A stretch of DNA of 64,000 nucleotides from Tubiluchus corallicola (lineage: Eukaryota; Animalia; Priapulida): NCBI GenBank assembly GCA_030141605.1, contig JAQGDQ010000056.1, positions 722,510 through 786,509 on the forward strand, read 5' to 3'. The translations under genes and the position numbers were made by a program. The notes under the pieces were generated by a model. It worked only from the letters and a program-made list of their open reading frames with translations, was not told the DNA's origin and did no database searches. Below, piece by piece: positions 1 to 11,445 of this stretch (its first letter is position 1; each line of letters starts with the position of its first letter).

Positions 1-1692
1 AACTACTAATAAAAAATTGCAATAGATAAAGTAACAGAGAAAACCTACAAAATCAGTTGTAAAACTCTGATCTAATGCTGAAACCGAACTGCCCATGTAG
101 TCTTGATGCAGTATTCAAGATTAGTAATTTTTATTCATTGAAATTAAATAAAATCTCCCATACATACGTCATTGAATCACACTATGCGCTTGTTTAATTA
201 AGTTGCATTTAAAAAATAAAGTTTCTGATCTCACTAAATGAACATTTTTAGTGATTTTTTAGGGAATAGCGCTAAGAAACAGCGACAGCGATAGTCGCAA
301 CCGACTTATCTCAGAAAACAGAATGTGGGCAACATACTTTATAAATAAATCCCATAATTTTGTTTAAGACCGCCTTCAAGAGCTATATATATATACGTCA
401 CAACTACCTTCTTCGAAATACGCCAAAAGAATTTCTTGTGCAGTATCAACAAAACAGCCTAGCTTTAGAAATTAGTTATCATTTTTTTAGGTTGTCCTGA
501 AATAGTGACTAATAATAGTGACAACATCGTCGGATTGTTATCGTCGATTACTTACTTTTTAAACGATAAATGAACGTATTCTTTTTGTGCCTTTTTGAAA
601 TTTGAAATACTGAAAAAGCGTTTATTAGGTCTACATTGAAACAGGTGTTGTTAATGACGCAAGGATAGCTGTCAGGCTTGAGTGCGTGCTATTTTGACCA
701 ATTGCACATATGAACGTTTCAGCACACGTCGCAGGGGTGGGACAACGATCACAAGCGACTTTCTAAATTGATTGAGCAACGTTAATGTTTAACTAAGAGA
801 TTCAAATATTTTTTCAGCTTCTACGCGCGCACTATATAAGCTGTCATGTATAGGGTTAAATATAAAATAGTTGAAATATTTACGATCTACATGTATGTGT
901 TAACTGCAGCAACGTCAATTGATGAGTAACAGCAGGTCGATACTCGCGGTTATATAGGGTTCCTTCACGTGGTCTAATTGATTTCATGCTCTTGTTCTTC
1001 GGAGATGAAGAGTACCAAGGCTTTTCATTTATCTGAGCAAGAGCAAAAAGCAATTTCATTTTTTTTGAAACTCAGGCTTCGTTAATATTGCGCCCTTAGC
1101 AATTCCCGCGCAATATACGTGCAGATTAAACGGCTGGTGGTCGTTAGACGAGATGTACTGACTTTGATGTTATAGCTGTGACATGCTAGAATTGGCTAAA
1201 CTTCAACTGTTAACAGGCTTCGTTAAGGAGCTGTTACGTGGGTGATTCACGCACTTCATGCATCCTAGAGCAAATTCTTACATAAAAAATCAAAGTACGC
1301 GTATTATGTGATGATGCAAACATAGCCATGGCCAATGGACATGAATGACGATGGACTGATATAGATGCATTTATAAACTAAACTAGAATTTCCTTTCCTG
1401 CGGAAGACTTGCAAAATATTGACGTTAATAAATTTTACACAACAAAACAGTGCTGTAGGAAATATTATTGTGGAATTATTCAAAATAATTATGCCAAATG
1501 ATAAACTAAATGTGTAGTGAGATGAAAATTTATTATGTATATTGGCAAAGGAACCTTCTGACTGCCTTTTCTGTAGTCTTGGCAAAACGAAAATATGCCG
1601 TTTCGTAAAGGTAAGAGAAAAATCCGTTTATTAAATGTTTAACAAGGTAATTGTAACTGTTAGTATTTTCAATACAATGTTAAAAACATGTT

Positions 1693-1731
1693 ATATACGT
1701 TTCGAGTGCAGGCTGCAGTCACCTTCAGTAT
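1693..1731 (-). ncRNA. Hammerhead ribozyme-like core, inverted copy
   Basis: Minus strand CTGAAGG-t-GAcTGCA-gcc-TGCAcTC-GAAACGTA. One core substitution (A9 to G) and one stem mismatch. Confidence 0.55.
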
Positions 1732-2274
1732 GAGATTATACAAACAACAAGTTTTATAGGCACAGCCTACGATACAGAAATTCACTAGTTATGTATTTAC
1801 AAGCAAGCCAAAGATGTAATGAATTAACAGACCTGTAGAAAAGAAGGATATACAGTAAAAGTTTAGCTAGAAAAATGATTAAAAGCAGCCTTGTGGCTTG
1901 GTAGGTCTGCATATTTCGTCTGGAACTGACAAGAAACTAAAAAGTCCTCTTCGGCCTAGTATTTATGATCATATCTTTGTTTCTGGCCCCAAAGCTGATT
2001 TTAATAATTTCAGCATTGTGACCAAAGTTACAAATAACTGGGACCAATTAATAAAAGAATGTTTATCTATGTATTCTTTTAGCCCTTCTCTTAATATGCA
2101 AAATAGTTCAATTACCTTAACTTTGTTTACGAGCATCTAGCTATACTTTTATTGTATATCCTTCTTTTCTACAGGTCTGTTAATTCATTACACCGTTGGC
2201 TTCCTTGGAAATACATAATTAGTGAACTTCTGTACTGACTCTGCCATAAAACTGGTTGTTGTTTGTACAGTCTC

Positions 2275-2312
2275 ACACTGAAGATGACTGTAGTCTCAGT
2301 CGAAAAGTATGT
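2275..2312 (+). ncRNA. Minimal hammerhead ribozyme-like core in Penelope pseudo-LTR
   Basis: CTGAAGA-t-GACTG-tagtct-CAGTC-GAAA: CUGANGA box, perfect 5-bp stem II, GAAA box. Confidence 0.65.
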
Positions 2313-3159
2313 GACATGTTTTTAGCATTTTATATCTTAAAACTTTTAATAAAAGTTGTTTCTTTTCATAGTTACTTAAACAGTTATGGGCAACTGCAAA
2401 AATGTTATGGTTAACAGTGTGAACAGTGCAAAGAATGAATGGAGAATATTACTCCAGATGAAAGGCTTACCCTTGACAGTTTTCTTCATGCTCTAATATT
2501 TTAGTTCTTGTATGTTTTTAACCACCTGCATAGAATTTATCACTCTGGTATTGGAAGTTTGCAATTCCCGATGTTTGCTTTTTATATCACCAGATGATAA
2601 TACCTTTCTCCCATATAATATGGGAACATCCTCCTATATTTTTAGTCAATAACTGTATAATTTATTTAGGGCAATTAGAGCTTAGTTATTGATTATCTTT
2701 TAAAAAACAAAATTCAAAATTGAATGTTGTCGTTGCCGCTTTTGCAGCCGTTATCGTTGTTGTTGTCATGCACTATTGCAACAGTCAGTTGCTACTGAGC
2801 AATTGTACAGCTGCTTTGCTTTTGTGGGGAAGTAGACTTGGGAATGAACAATAAAATGTAGTTGGGACAAAATATTATCAGAAGCTAAGATTCAGATAAG
2901 GTTATTGTGGTCAAACAGGCAAGAATGACTAGGGAACCTTCTTCCTAAAATTTTTTTTACAGAATTTTCTGAATCCCATTAGCAAAGTTGTTGTGCGCAG
3001 GCTCTTTTCTTGTTTTCTAAACTGCGACTCCGTTAATTTGCTTTGTCCATCAAAATATTCTGAAGGTGAACTATGGATTCTCAAGCTAATTCTTGCTGCC
3101 AGGTTATAGCGACCTCTGTGGAAAACATAGTGGTTTACAGTGAAACTGGCATGTGTTTT

Positions 3160-3850
3160 CATAATTTAGTAATTATACATTTTCAAAAATTACGAAGCCT
3201 TCAACACATTCGTAACATATTGTAGAAATGTAGTGGAAAAGTATAGAATTTTTTGGACAAGAATGCGTTCATCAGCCCATAATCTTCGTGTGGAGACTGG
3301 ACGGTGGAACCATGTAAACCGACATAGGCTAGGCCAATTTAGAGAAAGTATACATACATGTATTTTTTGAATGTCAATTTAGTGAGCATCTTAGAATCAG
3401 GGCAGGATCAAGCTTGGTGGACCCATACTTTGCATTGCTGACTTTAGAAAAGGAGGCCAGGAAGTCTGAAAATCCAATTTTAAAGTGGCTCCTCATTTGA
3501 GATAAAGGATCCCTGTTTGAGGCCTACTATTTGAGACAAAGGGCCCTTGTTTGAGGACCTTTGTTTGAAATGTAGAGTCCCAACTATGCAAATGTTGCTA
3601 AAATATATCACAAGTAAAAATATTCGAGACGAGTGCCAGCAAACTAGAGGGTGGCTCCATCTGAGGGGCCCCATAATTTCGTTAGCCTAGGGGCCTGAAA
3701 AGGTCATATCCGGCCCTGTTTAGAATGAGATATAATAATAGGAATCTAGGCCTTAACTTTGAAGACATAGGTAACTTGTTCAATTGCATTGATACTAACT
3801 TTATTTTGAAATATGTATTTGAATCTATGCAGCTATTTTAATTACTGATC
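3160..3850 (+). mobile_element. Non-LTR retrotransposon 3' fragment interrupted by a MITE
   Basis: 3242-3330 translates YRIFWTRMRSSAHNLRVETGRWNHV, followed by HVFFEC, the typical post-RT C-terminal motif of LINE ORF2. Boundaries are approximate. Confidence 0.65.
3398..3718. mobile_element. hAT-type MITE
   Basis: TIRs CAGGGCAGGA / TCCGGCCCTG; 8-bp TSD cttagaat (3390-3397) / tttagaat (3719-3726); internal TTTGAG-rich subrepeats. Confidence 0.8.
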
Positions 3851-4245
3851 TAGTACTTAAAGGAAAAAGTAGTAATTCACACTTTATAGCAATTTGTTGG
3901 ACTAATCATTTGCATTTTAAATGAAGTGTTAATTTTAAATTATACTCTTATTATATTGGTCAGTAAACATAATACTACTACCAGGACGACTACTTCTACT
4001 ACCAGTGTTCAAGTACATTTGTGCCGTGAATTCTAAAGCATATAATTAACTTTGTTCGTTGTGAAATAAAATAAAACTTTCTTGTAAGATGACAGTGAGA
4101 TCTAAATGATAAACAAATTGATTTGCGCATGAAGAAACGCACTGCGAAATTGCAACAAATCGACTTACTGATTTGCTGTTCCGGTTACGGCTCAGGATTT
4201 TAGTGATAAATCTCTTTACTTGGAGAAATTGTTGACTGAACGCGT

Positions 4246-4248
<3 letters not shown>

Positions 4249-4297
<49 letters not shown>

Positions 4298-4328
4298 TGC
4301 GTGTGTGCGTGTGTGCGTGTGTGTGTGT
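4249..4328. repeat. (GT)n/(GCGT)n microsatellite
   Basis: Direct reading of the sequence. Confidence 0.97.
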
Positions 4329-4799
4329 CCATGTTTATTTACGCAAAATATTGTGCAGATTATTTCTTAATTTAATTTATCCAGCTTGTAATTAAATCTG
4401 GATGGGTATTGATAATTATAGACCATGTGGATTATTCTATCTCTGATTATTTTACTTGATATCACAAACAACGTAGATGAAAATCTGCGTACATTTTCCG
4501 CATTATGGTCAAATTTATAGTCTCTAGTCTCCATTCTTTAGTCTCAAGTTTTTTTAATTGCCGTATTATATGTAATAATGTTTTTATTTGAATAGTTATT
4601 TGTGGCTTTTTGTCATTTGTTTCATTTTACTACTGGCAAAATAAAAATGAAATTGTGAAGCCACATCAAATATGTTGAGCTTTAGGTAAAATGCGAAAAG
4701 TAAAACCTCAAGAGTAATCAGTCACAGTTTTTATGGGTGTTTTCTAAAATTTTTCATAAGGTACACGAATCCTGACTCTTGGGTAGTAAGTTTTGTCCT

Positions 4800-5020
4800 G
4801 GGTTAGCTGCCCGAGTGGTTTAGATTTCGGACTGCAGCCACGCAGTGTCGAGTTCGATACTAGCGGCTACCAATGCCAGGGCATATACCAGTTTTTCGTT
4901 ATTTGTGTGTTGCAACTTTACCGCTATTGTTGTAAGTGTATGTTACTAATTAACCGCTAGTGCTAATTTAATCTAATAAATAAGCGACGGTAAATAAATC
5001 TTGTCTTTGTCTTTGTCTTT
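4800..5020 (+). mobile_element. tRNA-derived SINE
   Basis: A-box-like gcccgagtggt, anticodon-arm-like ggactgcagcc, B-box gagttcgatac, then AATAAA and a (CTTTGT)n tail at ~5000-5020. Confidence 0.65.
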
Positions 5021-5559
5021 TTGGCGACGTTGACGCCGGAAACAGCATGGTGATAGGAAGAGCTATGGATTCTTATTTCGTAAATTTATGTTTTTTTTCT
5101 GTAGAGACAAGGTCGATAATGAAAAGGTCAATAATCAAAAACCAAGACTGCAGTAAGATTATGTATACATAAACTTAATCAACTCTGTTGTTTTTCAGTT
5201 TGGTTATTCAATTTCATGTCTTCTTTGACAGTTTACAAATGATATTTATAGAGGTTCTTTGAACGAAGTTGACTTCATCGCTACAATGAATAAGAAATAG
5301 GAAATGAGTGAAAGTACGAGCTATTGTTGATGGTGGCTGCGCTGATGTGCTCGAAGATCTAAAACAGAGACACAGCACTTTCTACAAGTCAGGCCGACCA
5401 CGCCAACCTTAGATGGAAATGGATTGCGATTTTGCATATCAAGTTTACAATGTCGCTGTTTTTACGAGCATGAGTGCGGTTAAATTCAACACCCTGCTGA
5501 TATATTGACTGCCAGTTATTGCGATCCGCTGCTAGAAACTCGAGTCTTGTTGGAGGAAT

Positions 5560-5960
5560 TTTACAATTCTCCGTAGTGACAGAAAGGTGATTCTTGAACC
5601 CTGCTTCTATCCCCGTTGCGAGTGATGTCCAGAAGAAGAAGACAATAAAATGTTGTCACGAGGGAAAGACGAATATCAGTCATCCTGAGTACATGATTGA
5701 TATAACGAAGCTGACGTATGATTATGGTTGCTATGTACTAATGTCAGTATGAGGTATATGGTTAGTCCAAGTAATATTAATGATTGTTTGAGAGATTTGA
5801 TGTGAAAAGCTTCAAGACGCAGTACATGGCTTCTGTAAAGAGTGCACGATTCACAGCAGTACAACAAAGTGGAAAGGCAAACGGAAGAATATACGGTTAT
5901 CTCACTCTGGACTGTCAGCTTCCTAGAATCGGCCAAGGGAAGTGCTTACTTGGTGAATGC
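5560..5960 (-). mobile_element. RTE-clade LINE ORF2 C-terminal fragment
   Basis: ORF 5676-5936 VYSSVCLSTLLYCCESCTLYRSHVLRLEAFHIKSLK matches the RTE/BovB pattern VY.AVVLSTLLYGCESWTLY..H...LE.FH..CL. Confidence 0.75.
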
Positions 5961-7662
5961 GATTTTGAATTTCATCATCGAGAGTACAATCAGAGGTTAG
6001 AATACTTCCAAGATAGGCAAAACAATTCCGAACTATCAGGGATCACTGAAAATATAGTGATAGTATGCGCTTTCAGATATACTGTGTTGCGGCATTAGCG
6101 AAAATCGCCCACTTTTATAGACGGGTAGATAGTAGACGGATAGATAACGGACAAACAAGTGAATAGTTAAAATCTACGAAACTATTTACCATCCTGAAAT
6201 TAAACGCAGTGTTTTAGTAGATAGCAGGTGAGCGAATCTAATTTTGCGCGTGTACTGGCGTGTAGGAAGCCTGATAATAACGTGTTCATTATAATAGCTG
6301 GCAACTAATCTGAAGAGAAAATAAGAAAGCCTTAGACATTAATTGCATAGGGAACGATATGGACTGGGAGTAGATATTAATAAGGATTACTCACTATGTT
6401 TGGCTTCAGTCATCTTAAATTTATCATAAGTACTCATTTGTGGCACAGCGTCGGCTTAATGACTTTTTCAGGCATGTAGGCTTAAATTTATTTATCGCAA
6501 TCCAGTAGCTTTTCCGTTCGAAATATATATTGGAATAAACATCACTATCATCACCTTGTTGCTCTTGTTATTTGTATACATATTTCCTTAGTATATCGTT
6601 AAGGTGTCCTCGCAGTCCTTATTTAAAACCAGTTATTCAACATAACAATTTAATATCCCCATTGAGTTCCGTAATGTCAATTTGCGTAATAATTATTGTC
6701 CGGACATTAATATTATTATTGTTCAGAAATGGAAGTACGTTATTACTATTTGTTGAACTTACTAATAGGCAATTTCGCGCAAGGCAGTGTTGCTAGTGTT
6801 TACTCTAGTCAACAGAGTGGGCAGGCGTTTAACGTGAATACCAATTTCATCTTGTTTTCCGTTTGACCATTCGTTGACTTGGTAAATTTTACATTGAGCT
6901 CTATTTCTCTGATTTCAAGACAAAAGAACACGAAATCATAATGTTATTATATTATATAAGCTAGTTGCACCACACGGGAAATATTCGGTGTGCTGGCGAG
7001 ATTCAAAAATTCCAAACTACCCCTAAACCATATCTGTTTTTTTTTACATATTTAGTTCTTTTTGTGAAAGCTTGTAAATGTGCGTCTTGGGAAATGTATG
7101 TCGTGTATGTCGCATTTTGAAATACCAGTACTACTAAACTACTTTCGATGTTGCCACCTTAATTCGGCAACGGAGCCTAATATTTCTTGCCTGATTGTTG
7201 AAACAACATAATTATTTTTCGTAATGTCACCTTGAAGCTCTGTAGTCTTTATGCTTGTTTCTATTGTTTTCTTGAGGTAATTTCTTCAAAAGTTAAAGTA
7301 ACCCGCTACTTCGTTCCATCAGGTTAGTCTGCATTGCCAATCTGTTGTGTTGATTTTGATTGAAAATTCAACGCGCGGATGCCTCGGGTTCAGTTTGCTT
7401 AAGTCTAATAATTATTCTGTGGCTAATGATTAGTCTTGTACTACTTAATTATTGGAACACAAATATGCCTCAGTTGGCACTCGTTTGTAGCAATTAATCG
7501 ACCATGTGTGTTAAGATCTCTATAGCACATTAATCATCAGTCATCACTCGTCAGTGATATATAAGGGCATTATAAGTTTCCAAGAATATCAACAGCTACT
7601 CCATGATTGAATGCTCACTATGAAGGTTTATTATCCACGTATCTAAGTACATCTATCCTTCA

Positions 7663-7950
7663 TGGTAGAAACCCACAATTAATTAAATTTAGAAAACAAA
7701 TTTGAAAGTCAGGAAATATGAAAAGTTGGAATACAGGCTGGACTTGAACCAGCGATCTTCTACTTAGAATACAGACATAAATTTTGCATTGTCTTGACTG
7801 CCGGAGATCATGATGGTCTAATAGTCTAATGCTTCTGGCTTGTAAGTAGAAGATTTCAGATTCAAACCAACCAGGTTGTTGTTCACATTTCCTGGTTTTC
7901 AAATTAGGTTTCTCAACTTGATTAGTTGTGGCTTTGTACCACCATTAATA
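7663..7950. mobile_element. Palindromic element made of two head-to-head tRNA-like (SINE-like) arms
   Basis: 7663-7770 is the reverse complement of ~7835-7941. Each arm carries a B-box-like motif (ggttcaagtcc on -, gattcaaacc on +). A related copy is at 57617-57800. Confidence 0.65.
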
Positions 7951-8853
7951 TCTTTGTTGATATTAAGATCATAAATAATTAATTATATCTATCACTCTTA
8001 GGATTTAATGTTAAAAGTTCTTATTCAATGTGATTGAAATAAGGCTTTCCTTAGTTTTTTTTGTTAGGCAATTATAGTGAGAAAAACACAACAAAATTTT
8101 CCTATCACCAACAGTTTACTTTAAGTTACAAAATACTGAAAACTATTCCATTATATATATATATTTAAAAAGTTATTTATTGGTTATACAGACATAAAAA
8201 GGGGACGATATTTCGTTAATTTTGAAATAGCTCTTTTGATCAGTTAGACCGTTATAAAAACAAATTCATGCAGATGTTTATTTCCCTTGATGAATGTAAA
8301 AATCTTAACCTTTCTGTATATTTCCCCTATGTGAACTACAAAACGCACACCCGTTTTATTTAATATTTTAACTTAATGAAAGGTGTGATATTTACGAGCA
8401 TCCCAGAGATTGATCTTAAAGGCTGGTTCGTGAAAACTGTATACTTTATAGCTATTATTTATACTGCAATAACACAGCTAGAAAAATTTCTTATTAAAAA
8501 TGTTGGTGGCATACATGGAGTGTTTTTTTCAACAACATTGATTATTTTGGAAATGTACAAAGCGTCAAGCATAATCCAACCTGCCCGAGGAAACTTGTGA
8601 AAATGAAAAGGAAACTCGATAAATGCAAAAAAGGAAGTACTTGAATGGAAGACTTTTTTATTTTGAACGCACTTGAACATGATACTTTATTTCAGTGTTT
8701 ACTGTTTAGCAAGGAGTCTAATAAGCATAACTAAATAGGCAGCGCACTGAAATTGCTCACTGATAAAAGGGCCTAAGCAAAAGGTGTTTCTACAGCGCAA
8801 TAAAATCAAGCAAATGCTTTCCAGTGTCTGTGATGGCGATAGCTAGATTCTTA

Positions 8854-9569
8854 AGCTACGACACCATATGCACGTAATGTGTAACGTGTGATTTGTGATC
8901 CGTAATGCGTATTGCGTAATGCGTGATCCGTAATGCGTGATGTGTATTGACTGATTCCATGCGTCCGTAAACACCATGTGTATTAACAAAGCTCACGGCG
9001 CTCTTTCCGCCATTTTTGGTCGCTATTCGTGAGAATTGCAAGCAATAATTTTTGGAAACTTTGTCGAAATTTAAGCTTGATAATTAGACTGCGGCATTAG
9101 CTTATTATTGTACTGTTAGATGGAAAAGAAAGCACAGATTTTGCAGGGGAGAGAACAATATGGCAGGTATCATCATATAGTAAAAGAACTGCAGTTAGAT
9201 GCGCAACACATAATCACATTCTTCCACCTCTCAAAAACTCAAATAGAAAAAATATTATTGTTAATAGGTCTTAAAGTGACCAAAGCTCACCTAACTAGAA
9301 TTTTCAGAGAGCTAAGCAGCGAAAATTGTCACCGAAAACTTGAAAACTCGCTATAATCACCAGGCAACGGCGGTTTTCCGTCTGCGTATTGCTGCGTAAT
9401 GCGTATTTGGAGGATAGTAATCACGCTCGAATGAATGCGGATCACGCATCACGCATCACGGATAACGCATTACGTACACATGGAAGCACTTCTACATGTT
9501 GAAATTTAAACTGTTGTATGCGCATTACGGATCACGCATCACGTATTACATACACATGGAGTCGTACCT
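8854..9569 (+). mobile_element. PIF/Harbinger internal-deletion derivative
   Basis: TIRs AGCTACGACACCA / TGGAGTCGTACCT with TTA TSD on both sides (8851-53, 9570-72); subterminal (GTAATGC/GTGATCC) 7-mers. ORF 9120-9356 REQYGRYHHIVKELQLD..FFHLSKTQIEKILLLIG resembles the Harbinger transposase N-terminus. Confidence 0.85.
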
Positions 9570-9990
9570 TTAAACTGAAATTGAATGAAGCTTAAGTTGC
9601 GGCAATAGCGAAATTACGGAAAGTAGACTTGAGTGCCCATGTGTCACTTTTTTATAACCACCACTAGCTTTTTTCAGATTTGGTGTTTGTTAAAAATTAA
9701 CTATAAAGTTAATTATATATAGGCATAATATAGTCACATAGTTAAATATAAAACTACAAAATTAATCATTAGGTACTAGAGTTCTGCGCATTCTGTCAAT
9801 TTCTGTGGGCAACGTTTACATGTATACTGTTAACGCTTAACAGAAAATATAATAATTTACATTACGGCGTGTCAACGATAAGAAATGAGCGTCGCTTTAG
9901 AGCAACCACCTCTTTTCACGGGGATAAAACAATCAATGATAACGAAGACCTGTAAGTTGTCTTTTCACGCGGATAAAACAGACCTGTAAG

Positions 9991-10066
9991 TTGGCCGTGG
10001 CTTCACGAATTAAGACGACTGCCAATACTGTGTATATAAGTAAAGCATAAACTAAGCTGCCAGTTT
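9991..10066 (+). promoter_or_regulatory. Candidate core promoter of SLC23 paralog A
   Basis: CCAAT at 10022, TATATAAG at 10033-10040, Inr-like CCAGTT ~29 nt downstream. A candidate 5'UTR donor (gtgagt) is at 10485 and an acceptor at 11376 before the ATG. Confidence 0.5.
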
Positions 10067-11019
10067 TGATCGTTGCCTTATTCAATGCTGTAGAGTCACT
10101 TTGGCTTACATACTTATTTACTATGCAAATATTATTGATTACAGAAAGACTATGTACACCGATCGAATGCCACAGTTCACAAGTTTCTAGTTTATTCTTA
10201 AGGACATTGGTAGTGTTATCACTCTTTTTTCACAGACAGCGTATACTAGATTTATATACACGGATTATTTCTATCACTTTTTCTACGGAATTCGATTGAG
10301 CGTTTTTGGTTTGATGTCGTGCGATCTATATTTTGAGCTGTCATACAGCTCGCGCTTTCACTGATATAAAGAGATCAATCGCTTGTGTTTGCTATGCTTT
10401 GTCAATATCAGTCCTGTGCACTTTTCTTCTTCGACTGAGCTAATACAAGATGATGTCAGCTTGCTATACCTATAATTATTTAATGTGAGTGTTCACTTGC
10501 CAGCAGTTTGGTGATTTAGACCCTGTGTGGCAGAGACAAATGCAAACGCCACAACTGTAGATCGACAGAAGATTCAAAACTGTTTGAGGCAGATGTTGCA
10601 TGCAGAGCAGCAACAGTGCGTTATATAAATGTAACAATTATACTAGCTAGTCAAACCAAGCTAGCTGATCAATGTGGTGGTTTCAGAGAGAAATGTGATA
10701 TTAAAGGGATGTATATTACGCTTCACCAGTTGTACGTATAGGCTAAAAGTATAGCGGAGAAAATTGCCTACTATATTTATAACGCAATAGATTGTCGCTG
10801 GCATTAAGTTTTATTAACTATACGTTAATCATCCTGCATGGGAGGATCGTTGAGCAGAGGCTTAATTGCTTTTCTTCATCGCCTTTGCATTTTAATGAAG
10901 TTTTATTGTCGTGTATGTTTAAGAATTTCTTATAGGTGTTTGCCTTAAACGTTTTATTAAACAGTGTGCGTTTCTCAGCACTTTTCTCCATTTTCTTTGA
11001 AAAACACTTGTGTTGCTTA

Positions 11020-11300
11020 GCAGTCGAAGTTAAGTAACGCAGAGTTTGGTCAGTAACTACATGATCTGCTGGTGGATGATGTGTGCATGCTTCTGGGCAG
11101 CTAGATCTACCTCAACTTTGCTACGAACCTCCTCAGGAAAACTTGTAGTTCAAGCATCTGAACGTGGCCAAAAACGTCTGTCGATTCAGTAACTCATCGT
11201 AGAGTACTATCCTTGATACTGATCTAGGTTTTGCGCCGGCCATAGCCCTCAACAATTGGTATTGTTTGAGTGAAGGATTCAGATTTGGAGAGTGGTAAAC
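11020..11300 (+). mobile_element. Possible degenerate 5S-rRNA-related SINE
   Basis: tcgaagttaagtaacgcagagtttggtcagtaactacatg resembles the 5S internal promoter segment (gaagctaagcag..ctggttagtacttggatg); heavily diverged. Confidence 0.3.
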
Positions 11301-11445
11301 TGACCAAGAACTTCCAACTAGATGACTGATTGTGCTTAACTTTTTTAAAAAAAATCATCGTGTATTGTCACTGTAGGTTATCCGCCCTAGTAACTACACT
11401 GTTCAAAGCATGTTCAAAGCAATGGAAAAGCTGTTACACTGAACT

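Larger units (their letters stand above)
1613..2368 (+). mobile_element. 5'-truncated Penelope-like retroelement with inverted pseudo-LTRs
   Basis: Arms ~1613-1871 and ~2136-2368 are reverse complements. The spacer ORF 1898-2140 (SIYDHI..NFSIV..LIKECLSM..PSLN..SSITLTLF) resembles the C-terminus of PLE GIY-YIG endonucleases. Each arm holds a CTGAAG(A/G)..stem..GAAA motif, and AATAAA is at 2348. Confidence 0.8.

Noticed and set aside
4800-4875. Functional tRNA-Cys gene
   Set aside because: The acceptor, anticodon and T stems pair poorly, and a SINE-like body with a repeat tail follows.
8870-8960. Short regularly repeated units suggestive of a CRISPR-like array
   Set aside because: They are contiguous 7-mer subterminal repeats of a Harbinger element, with no unique spacers or cas genes, in a eukaryotic context.
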